Part shown: one piece after another, positions 1 through 8,918 of the stretch | Layout of the letters: each line of letters begins with the position of its first letter | How positions within the stretch are numbered: position 1 is the first letter of the stretch | NCBI GenBank assembly: GCA_002009975.1 | Contig: MTLP01000012.1 | Location: 161,698 to 225,697, forward strand | Reading direction: 5' to 3' | Source of the DNA: Thermococcus sp. JdFR-02 | GTDB taxonomy: Archaea > Methanobacteriota_B > Thermococci > Thermococcales > Thermococcaceae | Length of the DNA stretch: 64,000 nucleotides | Translations under genes and position numbers: made by a program | The notes under the pieces: generated by a model | Databases searched by the model: none | What the model saw: the letters and a program-made list of their open reading frames with translations, nothing else | Told to the model about the DNA's origin: nothing

Positions 1-1120
1 CAGCAACAGCTTGAAGCATAGTAACTCCTTTAATGCTAAGATTTGAAACAAAGCTCTCTGTTTCCTTTATATCATTATCAACGATTTTAAAGAGGTTTTC
101 AACATCGTTTTCATTTTTAATGTCTAAATACCAATCGACATGTCTGATAGCAATTCTAGCTTGGAAATCTTTGCTTAAAGCAGTGTAATACATCCCACTG
201 TCCAATGCTCTTTTTGCATCATCTAATGTTTTTTTAGCATCATCGAGGGCTGCTTTTAGGTAAGAATAAGTTGTATAGCTTACATCGCTTTCTTTTAGTT
301 TTTGCTCAACACTTTCATAGTACTTGGTAGTGTTTTCGTGATCCTTTATAGCATCTTCCTTTAGAAAGCTCGTGTCAATTTTAATGCTTTCTGGAGCTGT
401 TGGTTTTTCAATTTTGTGACCTGTAAAGTAAAAGACAGCTTCATATATGTCTTTGACTTCCTTTACTTCTAAGCCCCATCTTTCCTTTGCGTATTCAACG
501 ACATCTACTTTCTCAGTTTTACTTGTTATTTGGATTAAAGGTCCTACCTGTTTTTGCTCGGTGTGTTGAACAACTTGTATTCTTTGACCAGAAGGGATTA
601 AAAAGAGCTTCGCTCCAACGCTATAAGCAGCGGAAGCTTTTTCCAAAATTCCTCCTACTGGACCTATCGTGCCATCTGGATTTATCATTCCGGTCATCAT
701 AACATCTTCCCTAAGTTTCCATCCTTTTAATGCGGCTATAATACCAACGGTCATTGTTCCTCCTGCGGAGGGTCCTCCAATTATTGGTGAATCCGCTCTA
801 ATTTGGATAAAGATGTCATATTTGTCCATATCAACTCCTAAAACTTGCCCTGCAACTTGTGCTGCTAATCTTGCTGAAGCCTGCATATCTAACTCCGCAA
901 GGGGCCAAGTTTCTACATAAACGTGACCACTTCCAGGTGAGACTGTTATTATAAAATCTGTTGCAACACCTATTAGCTCTCCGCTTGATGTCTTTGAAAC
1001 TGCAGGTGCTTTTATTGTAACGGTGTTCCCTTCACTTGGACATTGAGCTAATGTTAGAGGAGACAGAATTAGTACAATGAGCACGAACAAAAATGCCACG
1101 CTTTTTATCTCATTTTTCAC
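1..1120 (-). CDS. Secreted Lon-like S16 family serine protease (partial, runs off window start)
   Basis: Not in the ORF track. Manual translation from GTG at 1120 gives a signal peptide, then APAVS...GSGHVYV...DMQASAR...GGPSAG...MTGMINPDGTIGPVGGILEK (Ser-Lys dyad motifs). Confidence 0.85.
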   Translation of the reverse strand, partial: MKNEIKSVAFLFVLIVLILSPLTLAQCPSEGNTVTIKAPAVSKTSSGELIGVATDFIITVSPGSGHVYVETWPLAELDMQASARLAAQVAGQVLGVDMDKYDIFIQIRADSPIIGGPSAGGTMTVGIIAALKGWKLREDVMMTGMINPDGTIGPVGGILEKASAAYSVGAKLFLIPSGQRIQVVQHTEQKQVGPLIQITSKTEKVDVVEYAKERWGLEVKEVKDIYEAVFYFTGHKIEKPTAPESIKIDTSFLKEDAIKDHENTTKYYESVEQKLKESDVSYTTYSYLKAALDDAKKTLDDAKRALDSGMYYTALSKDFQARIAIRHVDWYLDIKNENDVENLFKIVDNDIKETESFVSNLSIKGVTMLQAVA

Positions 1121-1241
1121 TTTCACCACCAAATTTTCAAAAGGTTTTCTCTTTAATATCCCTTATGGTTCATGAATCTATATTTAGAGTTTTGAACCAA
1201 TATGTTTAATAACACCATGTTGAATTTGGTATGGGAAGGGT

Positions 1242-1784
1242 ATGGGGTTGTACTCATCTTTGATACGTAGAAAGTTCAGGAACATCGCTGGAAAAAGATA
1301 TGAGCATGTTATAAGAGAGTATAGAGAGTTTTTATTAACCAAAGAGGAGATGGTTCTTCCAGAGATTAACTCTATTTTAATGCCTCTTGATAGATTTGTT
1401 AAGGAAATTCCCTTTGATGTCTATGATGTTTTATCCGCATATGATGCACGCGTTCTTTTGGTTTATATTATAGATTCACAGATTTTTCAGATAATTCGTC
1501 AAACTCTTAACAAAGAAGCAAGTGAAGAGTTTAGGAAGAAGGAAGAAGAACAGGGGCTTAAAATTGTTAATAAAATTTCTAATGAATTAGAAAATTATGG
1601 AATAAAGGTTCAGAGAAGGTTGTTCTTTGGAAATAAGAGCGAAGACATTATAAAGCTCGCTAAAGACCAAGATATGCTAGTTATATCAAAGGCTTATGGT
1701 TCTGAGATAACTAAAACTTCTCCTCTTAGTCCCATTGTTTTGAAGATCGTTCAGCATGTTTACATTCCAACTATAGTTTACTAA
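1242..1784 (+). CDS. Universal stress protein-like domain protein
   Basis: ILMPLD...G..SEDIIKLAK..DMLVIS..YG...V.KIVQHV.IPTIV fits the USP fold. Confidence 0.7.
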   Translation: MGLYSSLIRRKFRNIAGKRYEHVIREYREFLLTKEEMVLPEINSILMPLDRFVKEIPFDVYDVLSAYDARVLLVYIIDSQIFQIIRQTLNKEASEEFRKKEEEQGLKIVNKISNELENYGIKVQRRLFFGNKSEDIIKLAKDQDMLVISKAYGSEITKTSPLSPIVLKIVQHVYIPTIVY

Positions 1785-1796
1785 GGAGGGAAATGG

Positions 1797-3071
1797 ATGA
1801 ACATGGAGACAATAGCACTTGCAGTGTTTATCTTTACCTATGCTTTAATTGTTAGTGAAAGAATCCATAGGGCTGTTGCTGCAATGTTTGGAGCATCTAT
1901 AGTTTTATTCTTGAAAATAGTCCCATGGGAACGAGTCTCATACTATCTTGATCTGGATACCATATTTCTGCTTATGGGTATGATGATTATAGTGAACACT
2001 GCAAGGAATAGCGGTCTCTTTGAGTATATAGCAATAAAAACTGCTAAATTTGCAAAGGGGAACCCAATTAGAGTTTTATTGCTTTTTTCTGTTGTAACAG
2101 CTCTTGTAAGTTCAGTTTTGGATAACGTTACTACAGTTCTCCTTTTAACTCCCATGCTCCTCTATATAAGCAAACTTATGGAGCTAAGCCCAATTCCATT
2201 CCTTTTATCGGAAATATTTGCTTCTAATATTGGTGGAACGGCAACTCTAATAGGTGATCCTCCAAACATCATGATTGGATCTGCCGCTAATTTAAGCTTT
2301 AATGAGTTCTTAACCAACATGGGCTTAATTTCACTGCTTGATTTTATCTTAATGCTTGGAGTGATATATATGGTTTATAACAGGGCATTAAACGTTAGTT
2401 CAGATAAAAGAAGGAGAATAATTAATAGTTTGGAAAGCTTAGACGAAAAAGCTGTGATTAAGGATATAGTCCTTTTCAAGAAGTCAGTTGCAACGATCAT
2501 TCTTGTAGTGTCTCTATTTTTCGTCCATGACAAAATTGGTATAGAACCAGCGGTTGTAGCATTATTTGGTGCATCTTTGTTACTCCTTTGGAGTATGGAA
2601 AATCCAGAAGGGATTTTAGAGAGAATAGAGTGGACGGCTTTGTTTTTCTTTGGAGGACTTTTTATAATTGTTGGAGGATTGGAGGAGACTGGAATAATAG
2701 CAGAAGTTGCTAAGTGGGTTATTGGACACATACACAGCCAAGGAGAAGCCTTATTGGTGATAACTTGGTTTTCAGCATTTAGTTCGGCTATAGTTGATAA
2801 TATACCTTTAACTGCGGCAATGATACCATTAATAAAGCACATGGGTAATTCCTTAAATATATATCCCCTTTGGTGGGCTTTAAGTTTGGGAGCTTGTTTA
2901 GGAGGCAATGGAACAGCAATAGGAGCATCTGCAAACGTTGTTGTTATTGGTATTGCAGAGAGGGAAGGTATAAAGATAGGCTTTGGGGATTTTCTGAAAA
3001 TGGGGATGGTGATAATGGTGTTAACGGTTGCGTTGGGTGTGGGAATATTATGGATTAGGTATGTAGGGTGA
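1797..3071 (+). CDS. ArsB/NhaD (IT superfamily) ion transporter
   Basis: Polytopic membrane protein with DNVTT, SNIGGTATLIGDPPNI, DNIP and GGNGTAIGASAN motifs. Confidence 0.9.
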   Translation: MNMETIALAVFIFTYALIVSERIHRAVAAMFGASIVLFLKIVPWERVSYYLDLDTIFLLMGMMIIVNTARNSGLFEYIAIKTAKFAKGNPIRVLLLFSVVTALVSSVLDNVTTVLLLTPMLLYISKLMELSPIPFLLSEIFASNIGGTATLIGDPPNIMIGSAANLSFNEFLTNMGLISLLDFILMLGVIYMVYNRALNVSSDKRRRIINSLESLDEKAVIKDIVLFKKSVATIILVVSLFFVHDKIGIEPAVVALFGASLLLLWSMENPEGILERIEWTALFFFGGLFIIVGGLEETGIIAEVAKWVIGHIHSQGEALLVITWFSAFSSAIVDNIPLTAAMIPLIKHMGNSLNIYPLWWALSLGACLGGNGTAIGASANVVVIGIAEREGIKIGFGDFLKMGMVIMVLTVALGVGILWIRYVG

Positions 3072-3526
3072 GTGTGATGAAAATTTTAGTTCTTATAGAT
3101 GGTTCAAAATGGAGTCAAAAAGCGGCTCTGCATGCGATAACTGTTGCAAAGAAGAAGAACGCCAAGGTTATACTTTTTTCCGTGTTGGATAGAAGAGAAG
3201 CAAAAGCAATGGCATTTAATTTAAGTGCAAGGAGTGAAAGATTTGAAGAGATAAAGAACTATGAGGAGCAAATATGGAGGGAGATGAAAGAAGGTATTAA
3301 TGATTTACTTTCAGATCTTCTTGCTTTTTGCAAGAGGGAAGGTGTTAACTGCTCAACAAAGATTGTGAAAGGAAATGCCAAGGAAGAGATATTGAAAGAA
3401 GCTAACAGTGGAAAATACTCTTTAATTGTTATGGGCGCTTACGGTAAAAGCGGGAAAACGAGAATAGGTAGTCTTTTGGAAGAACTCGCTGGGCTTATAA
3501 AACCTCCTCTTCTAATTGTCCGCTAG
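3068..3526 (+). CDS. Universal stress protein (UspA family)
   Basis: KILVLIDGSKWS...LIVMGAYGKSG...IGS...PLLIVR. Confidence 0.9.
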   Translation: MSVMKILVLIDGSKWSQKAALHAITVAKKKNAKVILFSVLDRREAKAMAFNLSARSERFEEIKNYEEQIWREMKEGINDLLSDLLAFCKREGVNCSTKIVKGNAKEEILKEANSGKYSLIVMGAYGKSGKTRIGSLLEELAGLIKPPLLIVR

Positions 3527-3758
3527 CTAGGACCTCCAAATACTTAATCTCCTTGACTCCACTAATTTTTTCTATCTCTTCTTTAAGCTCTTCCAGTCCT
3601 CTTCTTGATAATGGGATGAAAATCTTTCCCACAACGTCAAAGGGTCCAGTAACTACATAAGCTTCATCAAATCCAAGATCTTCTAACAGCTTTTTCTTTA
3701 TCTCCTTTTCTTTTCCGGCTTCAGTTTTTATTAGGTAAATTGCAATTGGCATTTTCAA
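3495..3758 (-). CDS. Stand-alone Lrp/AsnC ligand-binding (RAM) domain protein
   Basis: AIYLIKTEAGKE...EAYVVTGPFDVV...I.GV; no HTH. Confidence 0.75.
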   Translation of the reverse strand: MKMPIAIYLIKTEAGKEKEIKKKLLEDLGFDEAYVVTGPFDVVGKIFIPLSRRGLEELKEEIEKISGVKEIKYLEVLASGQLEEEVL

Positions 3759-4063
3759 TCCCCTTTCTTTGCTATTGCAACAAAAAAGAGTCCAAGGATC
3801 ACGACCTCTATCAACGTCACACCGACTTCAATGTAGTCTTTCTGAAGAGTTGGTAATAAGGCTGGGATATTTTCGAGAGCTTTTTTTACTATGAAGAAAG
3901 CAAAGGCTAACAAAAGAAACAGTACACTCTTTAAATGGCTCTTCTTATAGGCTATCCATGAGATAAAGCTTAGCATTACTGCAAATGTAATTACTATCAG
4001 GTCTAAAATCAAGTTGAGGTGTTCAATCATTTTTCCTCCCTCCAATTTCGAGCAATAGGGCAA
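3755..4063 (-). CDS. Small 3-TM membrane protein
   Basis: Three hydrophobic segments; overlaps both neighbours; true start probably the internal MIEH. Confidence 0.7.
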   Translation of the reverse strand: MPYCSKLEGGKMIEHLNLILDLIVITFAVMLSFISWIAYKKSHLKSVLFLLLAFAFFIVKKALENIPALLPTLQKDYIEVGVTLIEVVILGLFFVAIAKKGD

Positions 4064-4550
4064 TTAAATTATCAGACAGTTTGTCCCATAAAGATGGACG
4101 ATACTCGCTAATTACCCGAATTATAGTGTTAATATCATATTTTAAAGTATAAATGACATTTTTGCCATCTCTTTCACGTTCTACAATGTTGTTTTCATTG
4201 AGTATTTTCATGTGGTAATTTATAGTGGCTTGAGTCAGATTCAGCTCTTTTGCTATCTCTGTTTGAGTTTTACTCCCAGTAGCAAGCAATAGTAGGATTT
4301 TTCTTTGAGTTTTATTTGAAATTACTCTTAACAGAGCTTCATATTCTCTTTCAAATTCTGCTGGAAAGATATGCCTCTTTCCTCCAACTTTCTTTGATTT
4401 TATTAGTCCATTCTTTTCAAGAACGTTAAGGTGATACTGTAAGTTACCTATGCCAAGGTTTAGTTCCTCAGCTAACTTACGAAACGTTATTCCAGGGTTT
4501 TTTTGTATATACTCTAGTATCCTTTTGCGAGTTTCAGTCATATCCCTCAT
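4023..4550 (-). CDS. Tandem winged-HTH (ArsR-like) transcription regulator
   Basis: Two HTH repeats: NPGITFRKLAEEL...LQYHL..LEK.G and TQTEIAKEL...TINYHMK.L. Confidence 0.85.
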   Translation of the reverse strand: MRDMTETRKRILEYIQKNPGITFRKLAEELNLGIGNLQYHLNVLEKNGLIKSKKVGGKRHIFPAEFEREYEALLRVISNKTQRKILLLLATGSKTQTEIAKELNLTQATINYHMKILNENNIVERERDGKNVIYTLKYDINTIIRVISEYRPSLWDKLSDNLIALLLEIGGRKND

Positions 4551-4671
4551 TCAAAAATCTAGATAATTAACTTAACATGGTTTTGGTACATTAGTCTATA
4601 TGTGAGAAAAGGATATAAACTAAAGCTGAACACTCTGGAATGGCTCTCATTCTTATAAGAGAGGTGAGAAT

Positions 4672-6039
4672 GTGGACATTGATGCACTAATTAAGAAAGC
4701 TGAGGAACTTGCAAGGAAGCATGATGTTGAGTATTATGAAGTGAGGATTGTTAAAGTTAGTGCAACTTCTCTTGAAATGCAGAATTCTCGATTAGAAGAA
4801 CTTTCATCAAACATAGAACTTGGTGTTGGTGTGAGAGTTTTTAATGGTGCATGGGGGTTTTCTTCTGCAAATGATATGAGGAGGGCAGAGCTAGCTATTG
4901 AAACCGCTATGAAAATTGCAAAAGTTATGCGGGGGAATTCTAGGATTTACTTGGGAGATCCTGTGAAAGATAAGGTTTTTATTGAATGTAAAGAGGATTT
5001 TGAGGAAGTTGGAATAGATGAGAAGATAGATGTTGTTAAAGAAATTGATAACCTTTTAGCTGATAAAGGAATCTCAAACAGAAAGGTTTCATATGGAGAC
5101 GGTAAAAAATGGCAATTTTATTTTAATTCTCTTGGAAGCGAGATAGAAACATTAATACCAAGGGTAAAGCTCATCTTCTCCGCAACTGCGAAGGCAAATG
5201 GAGATATGCAGAGTTATTGGAAAATCTTTGGTGGAACGAGAGGATGGGAGGTTATTAAAAAGATAGATTTTGACTATTGGACAAACTTCGTTAAAAATAA
5301 AGCTAAGAATCTTTTGAAAGCTCAGCTTCCTCCCTCTGGAGAGTTTGAAATTATAATGGATCCAGAATTGACGGGTGTTTTTATTCATGAGGCATTGGGA
5401 CACGCAAGTGAGGGAGATGCAATAAAGAACGGTGAGAGTATATTAGAGGGAAAATTGGGGAAGAAAATTGGGGTTGAAGAGTTGACTGTTGTTGATGATC
5501 CCACTTTAGAAGGGAAGTTCGGTTCTTATGTCTATGATGATGAGGGCATAAAAGCTAGAAGAGTTGAGATAATTAAAAATGGCGTTTTGAATGAATATTT
5601 GCTTGATAGAGAAACAGCTGCTTACTTAAATTTGGAACCAAACGGACATGGAAGGGCTCAAAACTATAATTATCAGCCTTTGGTAAGGATGAGCAACACT
5701 TACATTGAGCCTGGGGATTGGTCTTTTGAGGAAATGCTCAATGAAGTTAAGCACGGCTTGTATTTGATTGGGGATAAGGGGGGAGAGGTTGATATAGTCA
5801 ATGGAACTTTTATGTTTGGTGCCAAAGAGGGATATTTAATTGAAAATGGTGAGATTAAAGGTCATATACGAGATGTAGCATTGTCCGGGAAGATTTTGGA
5901 TATTTTGAGGAACATAAGGGCAATTGGAAAAGATTTGAAAATAGATTTCCCCGGTTACTGTGGAAAGGGACAGTGGGTTCCTATTGACGATGGAGGTCCT
6001 CATGTGTTAACGAAGGCTTTAGTTGGGGGTCTAGTTTAA
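4672..6039 (+). CDS. tldD: TldD metalloprotease subunit
   Basis: HEALGH zinc motif, YDDEG, GHGRA, RMSNT and GYCGK.Q.VP...GGP. Confidence 0.92.
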   Translation: MDIDALIKKAEELARKHDVEYYEVRIVKVSATSLEMQNSRLEELSSNIELGVGVRVFNGAWGFSSANDMRRAELAIETAMKIAKVMRGNSRIYLGDPVKDKVFIECKEDFEEVGIDEKIDVVKEIDNLLADKGISNRKVSYGDGKKWQFYFNSLGSEIETLIPRVKLIFSATAKANGDMQSYWKIFGGTRGWEVIKKIDFDYWTNFVKNKAKNLLKAQLPPSGEFEIIMDPELTGVFIHEALGHASEGDAIKNGESILEGKLGKKIGVEELTVVDDPTLEGKFGSYVYDDEGIKARRVEIIKNGVLNEYLLDRETAAYLNLEPNGHGRAQNYNYQPLVRMSNTYIEPGDWSFEEMLNEVKHGLYLIGDKGGEVDIVNGTFMFGAKEGYLIENGEIKGHIRDVALSGKILDILRNIRAIGKDLKIDFPGYCGKGQWVPIDDGGPHVLTKALVGGLV

Positions 6040-6662
6040 TCTTTTGAAGAAGCATTCCAAATTTTAACCTCAAGTACTTCCCAGCTTTTCCACCCTTCTT
6101 CTCCAAAAGCAACTAGGTATATGTAATATGTTCTTCCTTTTTCGGCATTTTTTGCACTTATTCTAATTTTAAATGTCGCATTCTTTTGAGGGAAAATTTC
6201 TACTTCACTGGGAATAATCTCGATTTCAAGTTCCTTTGTTTCTTCGAGTTTTCTCTGAATTGCACGCCATGCATTTCCAAGATTTGGTTCGCCGATGAAT
6301 GCTTTGAGTTTAACCTTCCCGCTGTAATAGCATTTTGTTTCATTAACCACCTCAAATCCTTTCATCCCTTTTACTGTATATTCTTTTGCAAATATCACGC
6401 CCTTTACTGTCACGGTTTTATTTGGTGGTATTATCACTCCTTTAGTCATTAGCTCAATGTTGTGGATGTTAAATTCTCCATAGCTGGGATGAACACAGTT
6501 AGAGATGGTTTTACTGAGATTGGTTTCCATATTGCTCATAGTATGAGTTTCAGATGCTGTGAAGGTCTCATTAACTGGTGCATTTTGGTGAGTTTCCAAT
6601 AAGAAAGTGCTAAGCAATAAAGCGGAGAGTACTAAAATTGTAGCAATAATGGAACTCTTCAT
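6036..6662 (-). CDS. Secreted/membrane-anchored hypothetical protein with a beta-rich domain
   Basis: N-terminal hydrophobic helix, S/T-rich linker, many N-x-S/T sequons. Confidence 0.65.
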   Translation of the reverse strand: MKSSIIATILVLSALLLSTFLLETHQNAPVNETFTASETHTMSNMETNLSKTISNCVHPSYGEFNIHNIELMTKGVIIPPNKTVTVKGVIFAKEYTVKGMKGFEVVNETKCYYSGKVKLKAFIGEPNLGNAWRAIQRKLEETKELEIEIIPSEVEIFPQKNATFKIRISAKNAEKGRTYYIYLVAFGEEGWKSWEVLEVKIWNASSKD

Positions 6663-6805
6663 GATATTTCCCAATAATAATATGAATTTTTGAAATATTT
6701 AAAAATTCTGTTAGTTTCAGGTGATTTAAACATCAATTTTCTTACTTTCTATACTTTTACCAAAAGCATTTAAGTCACACGTATAAATCCCTATGCGGTG
6801 GAAAA

Positions 6806-8113
6806 ATGATAGATGAGCTAATCAAAATCCTCAACCATAAAGATGTTGAGTGGGAGATTTACTGGGAAGTTGGTAGGGGAAGTAGCTTTAAAGTTGAGAA
6901 AGGTGAGCTTGTAAGAGCGCAAAGGAAGTTTCATTCTGGAATAGGACTTAGAATTGGATATAGAGGTAAGCTCGGCTTCTCATACATAACTGGAATTAAT
7001 CATGATAGAAATACCTTAGAGAAGTTCGTTGATAAAACTATAAAGCTGGCAAAGGTTAGTGAAGTTAAATTTTATGGTTTCGCTTCAAAAACTAAGGAAA
7101 ATAAGATAAAAGGTCTTTATGATAAGAGAATAGAGGATTTAAGTTTTGAGGACGCTTTAGATAAAGCTAACTTAATGCTTGCAAAGGAGAGGGAGCTTAA
7201 GGAGAACTTGGGGAAGGATTATACCCTATCAGGAGCCCTAGCTTTTGGAGTTTCTACGGATGGTATACTAAACTCGAATGACGTTGAAAAGAAAGAAAAA
7301 ACGACGGGAATAAGCTTAAACATCTACATAGTTAAAAGACATGAGGATAAGAGCGGGAGCGGAAGTTATTACAAAGGATTTAGAAGAATGCCCGATTTAG
7401 AAGAAGAACTATCTATAGGACTTGATAAAGCATTGAAAGAAGTTGAGTTGAGCTTTAAGGCTAAAAAGCTCGTAGGATACGAGGGTGAAATAATTTTTGA
7501 GCCTCATTCCTTTGCTTCAATTGTTGGGATTTTAATGCACAATTTATACGCTGACAATGTCTATCATGGACGTTCAAGGTTTAGTAGCTTTGGTGTTGAA
7601 GTTGCAAGTGGTGCATTCACTTTAATTGACGATGGAACCTTAGAGAATAAGCTTGGTAGCTATTCCTTTGATGGGGAAGGGAACCCCTCTCAAAGAACTA
7701 TTTTAATTGAAGAGGGTATGCTAAAGAACTTCCTCTTCGATGAGCAGTATGCCAAGCTTATGAATACCAAAAGCACTGGAAATGCAGTTAGGGATTTTAG
7801 AACAACTCCTCACATAGGGCACAGCAATATTATAGTTACCGGAAGAAAAGAGAATTTAGAAGAATTGGATAATGCAGTAGTTGTTAGGAAGGTTTTTGGA
7901 GAACATACTGCAAATCCAATAAGCGGGGATTTTTCTTTAACGATAGAGCTTGGATATGTTATAAAAAACGGCGAGGTTAAGCCCTTTAAGGATAATATGC
8001 TTACAGGAAACATATTTTCTCTGATAAATTCTATCAAAGCAGTTGGTAAAAGAGAGGAGGAAATTGGTGGATTTATCTCACCTAGAGTTATGGCATTGGG
8101 AAAAATCGTATAG
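6806..8113 (+). CDS. pmbA: PmbA/TldE family protein
   Basis: FDGEG, STGNA, HTANPISGDFS; lacks HExxxH. Confidence 0.88.
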   Translation: MIDELIKILNHKDVEWEIYWEVGRGSSFKVEKGELVRAQRKFHSGIGLRIGYRGKLGFSYITGINHDRNTLEKFVDKTIKLAKVSEVKFYGFASKTKENKIKGLYDKRIEDLSFEDALDKANLMLAKERELKENLGKDYTLSGALAFGVSTDGILNSNDVEKKEKTTGISLNIYIVKRHEDKSGSGSYYKGFRRMPDLEEELSIGLDKALKEVELSFKAKKLVGYEGEIIFEPHSFASIVGILMHNLYADNVYHGRSRFSSFGVEVASGAFTLIDDGTLENKLGSYSFDGEGNPSQRTILIEEGMLKNFLFDEQYAKLMNTKSTGNAVRDFRTTPHIGHSNIIVTGRKENLEELDNAVVVRKVFGEHTANPISGDFSLTIELGYVIKNGEVKPFKDNMLTGNIFSLINSIKAVGKREEEIGGFISPRVMALGKIV

Positions 8114-8211
8114 CAGTAACCTTTCTTATGAGGAGTAGACTGGTTTTTAGATATTTGAGTTAAGAAAAACTATTTATATTACAAAGCAAAAAATTATTTC
8201 TGGTGGTAAGC

Positions 8212-8877
8212 ATGGTTAGTAATAATTTAGAGTTGATTTTATCACATCTTTTTCCCGGAGAGACCGTTTTAGTCGAGTATGACTCACTATCATCACCAGA
8301 AGTTTTGCTGTATCTAATATCCAAATACTGCGAGAAGAATAAAATTGGAATTCTGATTGATGATATTGGTGATACCTTGGTTGAGTTCATAACTCGACTA
8401 GAGCTTATGCAATTTCCAATCGATAGATTGGCAAAAACCCCTGTTATAAAAATAGGTGGAAAGAGGGAGATTGGTAGTATAATAGGCACACTGAACACCG
8501 ACAAATATTTGCTGGATTTTAAATACTATGGAACAATCTATGAGGAATGGATTTCTTCTAAAGGTTTTGTTTTTAATCCAGTTTTGGGCTTTCATAAGCT
8601 TCTGTTGGTAAGTGAATATGGTGAAGCGGTTAGATTAGCAAGAAACGTTTCTACATTTGTTGGAAAGAAGAGCAGAACGGCCTTCTACTTTATGAACACT
8701 TCTCTGTTAAATCGGCACCTTTTGGAGGTTCTTTATTTGCTTGAAGAAACAGCAACCACCGTCATTAATTGGAGCAGAAAGGGAAGCTCATATCATTTAA
8801 AAATATTGAAGTCTGCAAATGAGGACATTATTGAGAAGACAATAACGTTAAACTGGAGTGAGATTAAGAAATACTAA
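8212..8877 (+). CDS. DUF257 family protein (KaiC/RecA-like fold)
   Basis: GETVLVEY, IDD.GD, VIKIGG, NPVLG..K and EE.ATTVI; paralog of 49245-49877. Confidence 0.8.
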   Translation: MVSNNLELILSHLFPGETVLVEYDSLSSPEVLLYLISKYCEKNKIGILIDDIGDTLVEFITRLELMQFPIDRLAKTPVIKIGGKREIGSIIGTLNTDKYLLDFKYYGTIYEEWISSKGFVFNPVLGFHKLLLVSEYGEAVRLARNVSTFVGKKSRTAFYFMNTSLLNRHLLEVLYLLEETATTVINWSRKGSSYHLKILKSANEDIIEKTITLNWSEIKKY

Positions 8878-8899
8878 ACATTTAAATATTCTTAATTCT

Positions 8900-8916
8900 T
8901 ATCACTTTTGGTGATA
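8900..8916 (+). promoter_or_regulatory. Thermococcales glycolytic motif (TGM), Tgr/TrmBL1 site
   Basis: Perfect TATCAC-N5-GTGATA between the TATA box (tttaaata, 8881) and the GH13 start codon. Confidence 0.9.
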
Positions 8917-8918
8917 CA

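Noticed and set aside
487-920. Two + strand ORFs (71 and 83 aa)
   Set aside because: Antisense shadows of the minus-strand Lon-like gene
1189-1212. SurR-like GTT-N3-AAC site (also near 27802)
   Set aside because: The short motif arises often by chance, and the extended GTT-N3-AAC-N5-GTT spacing does not fit
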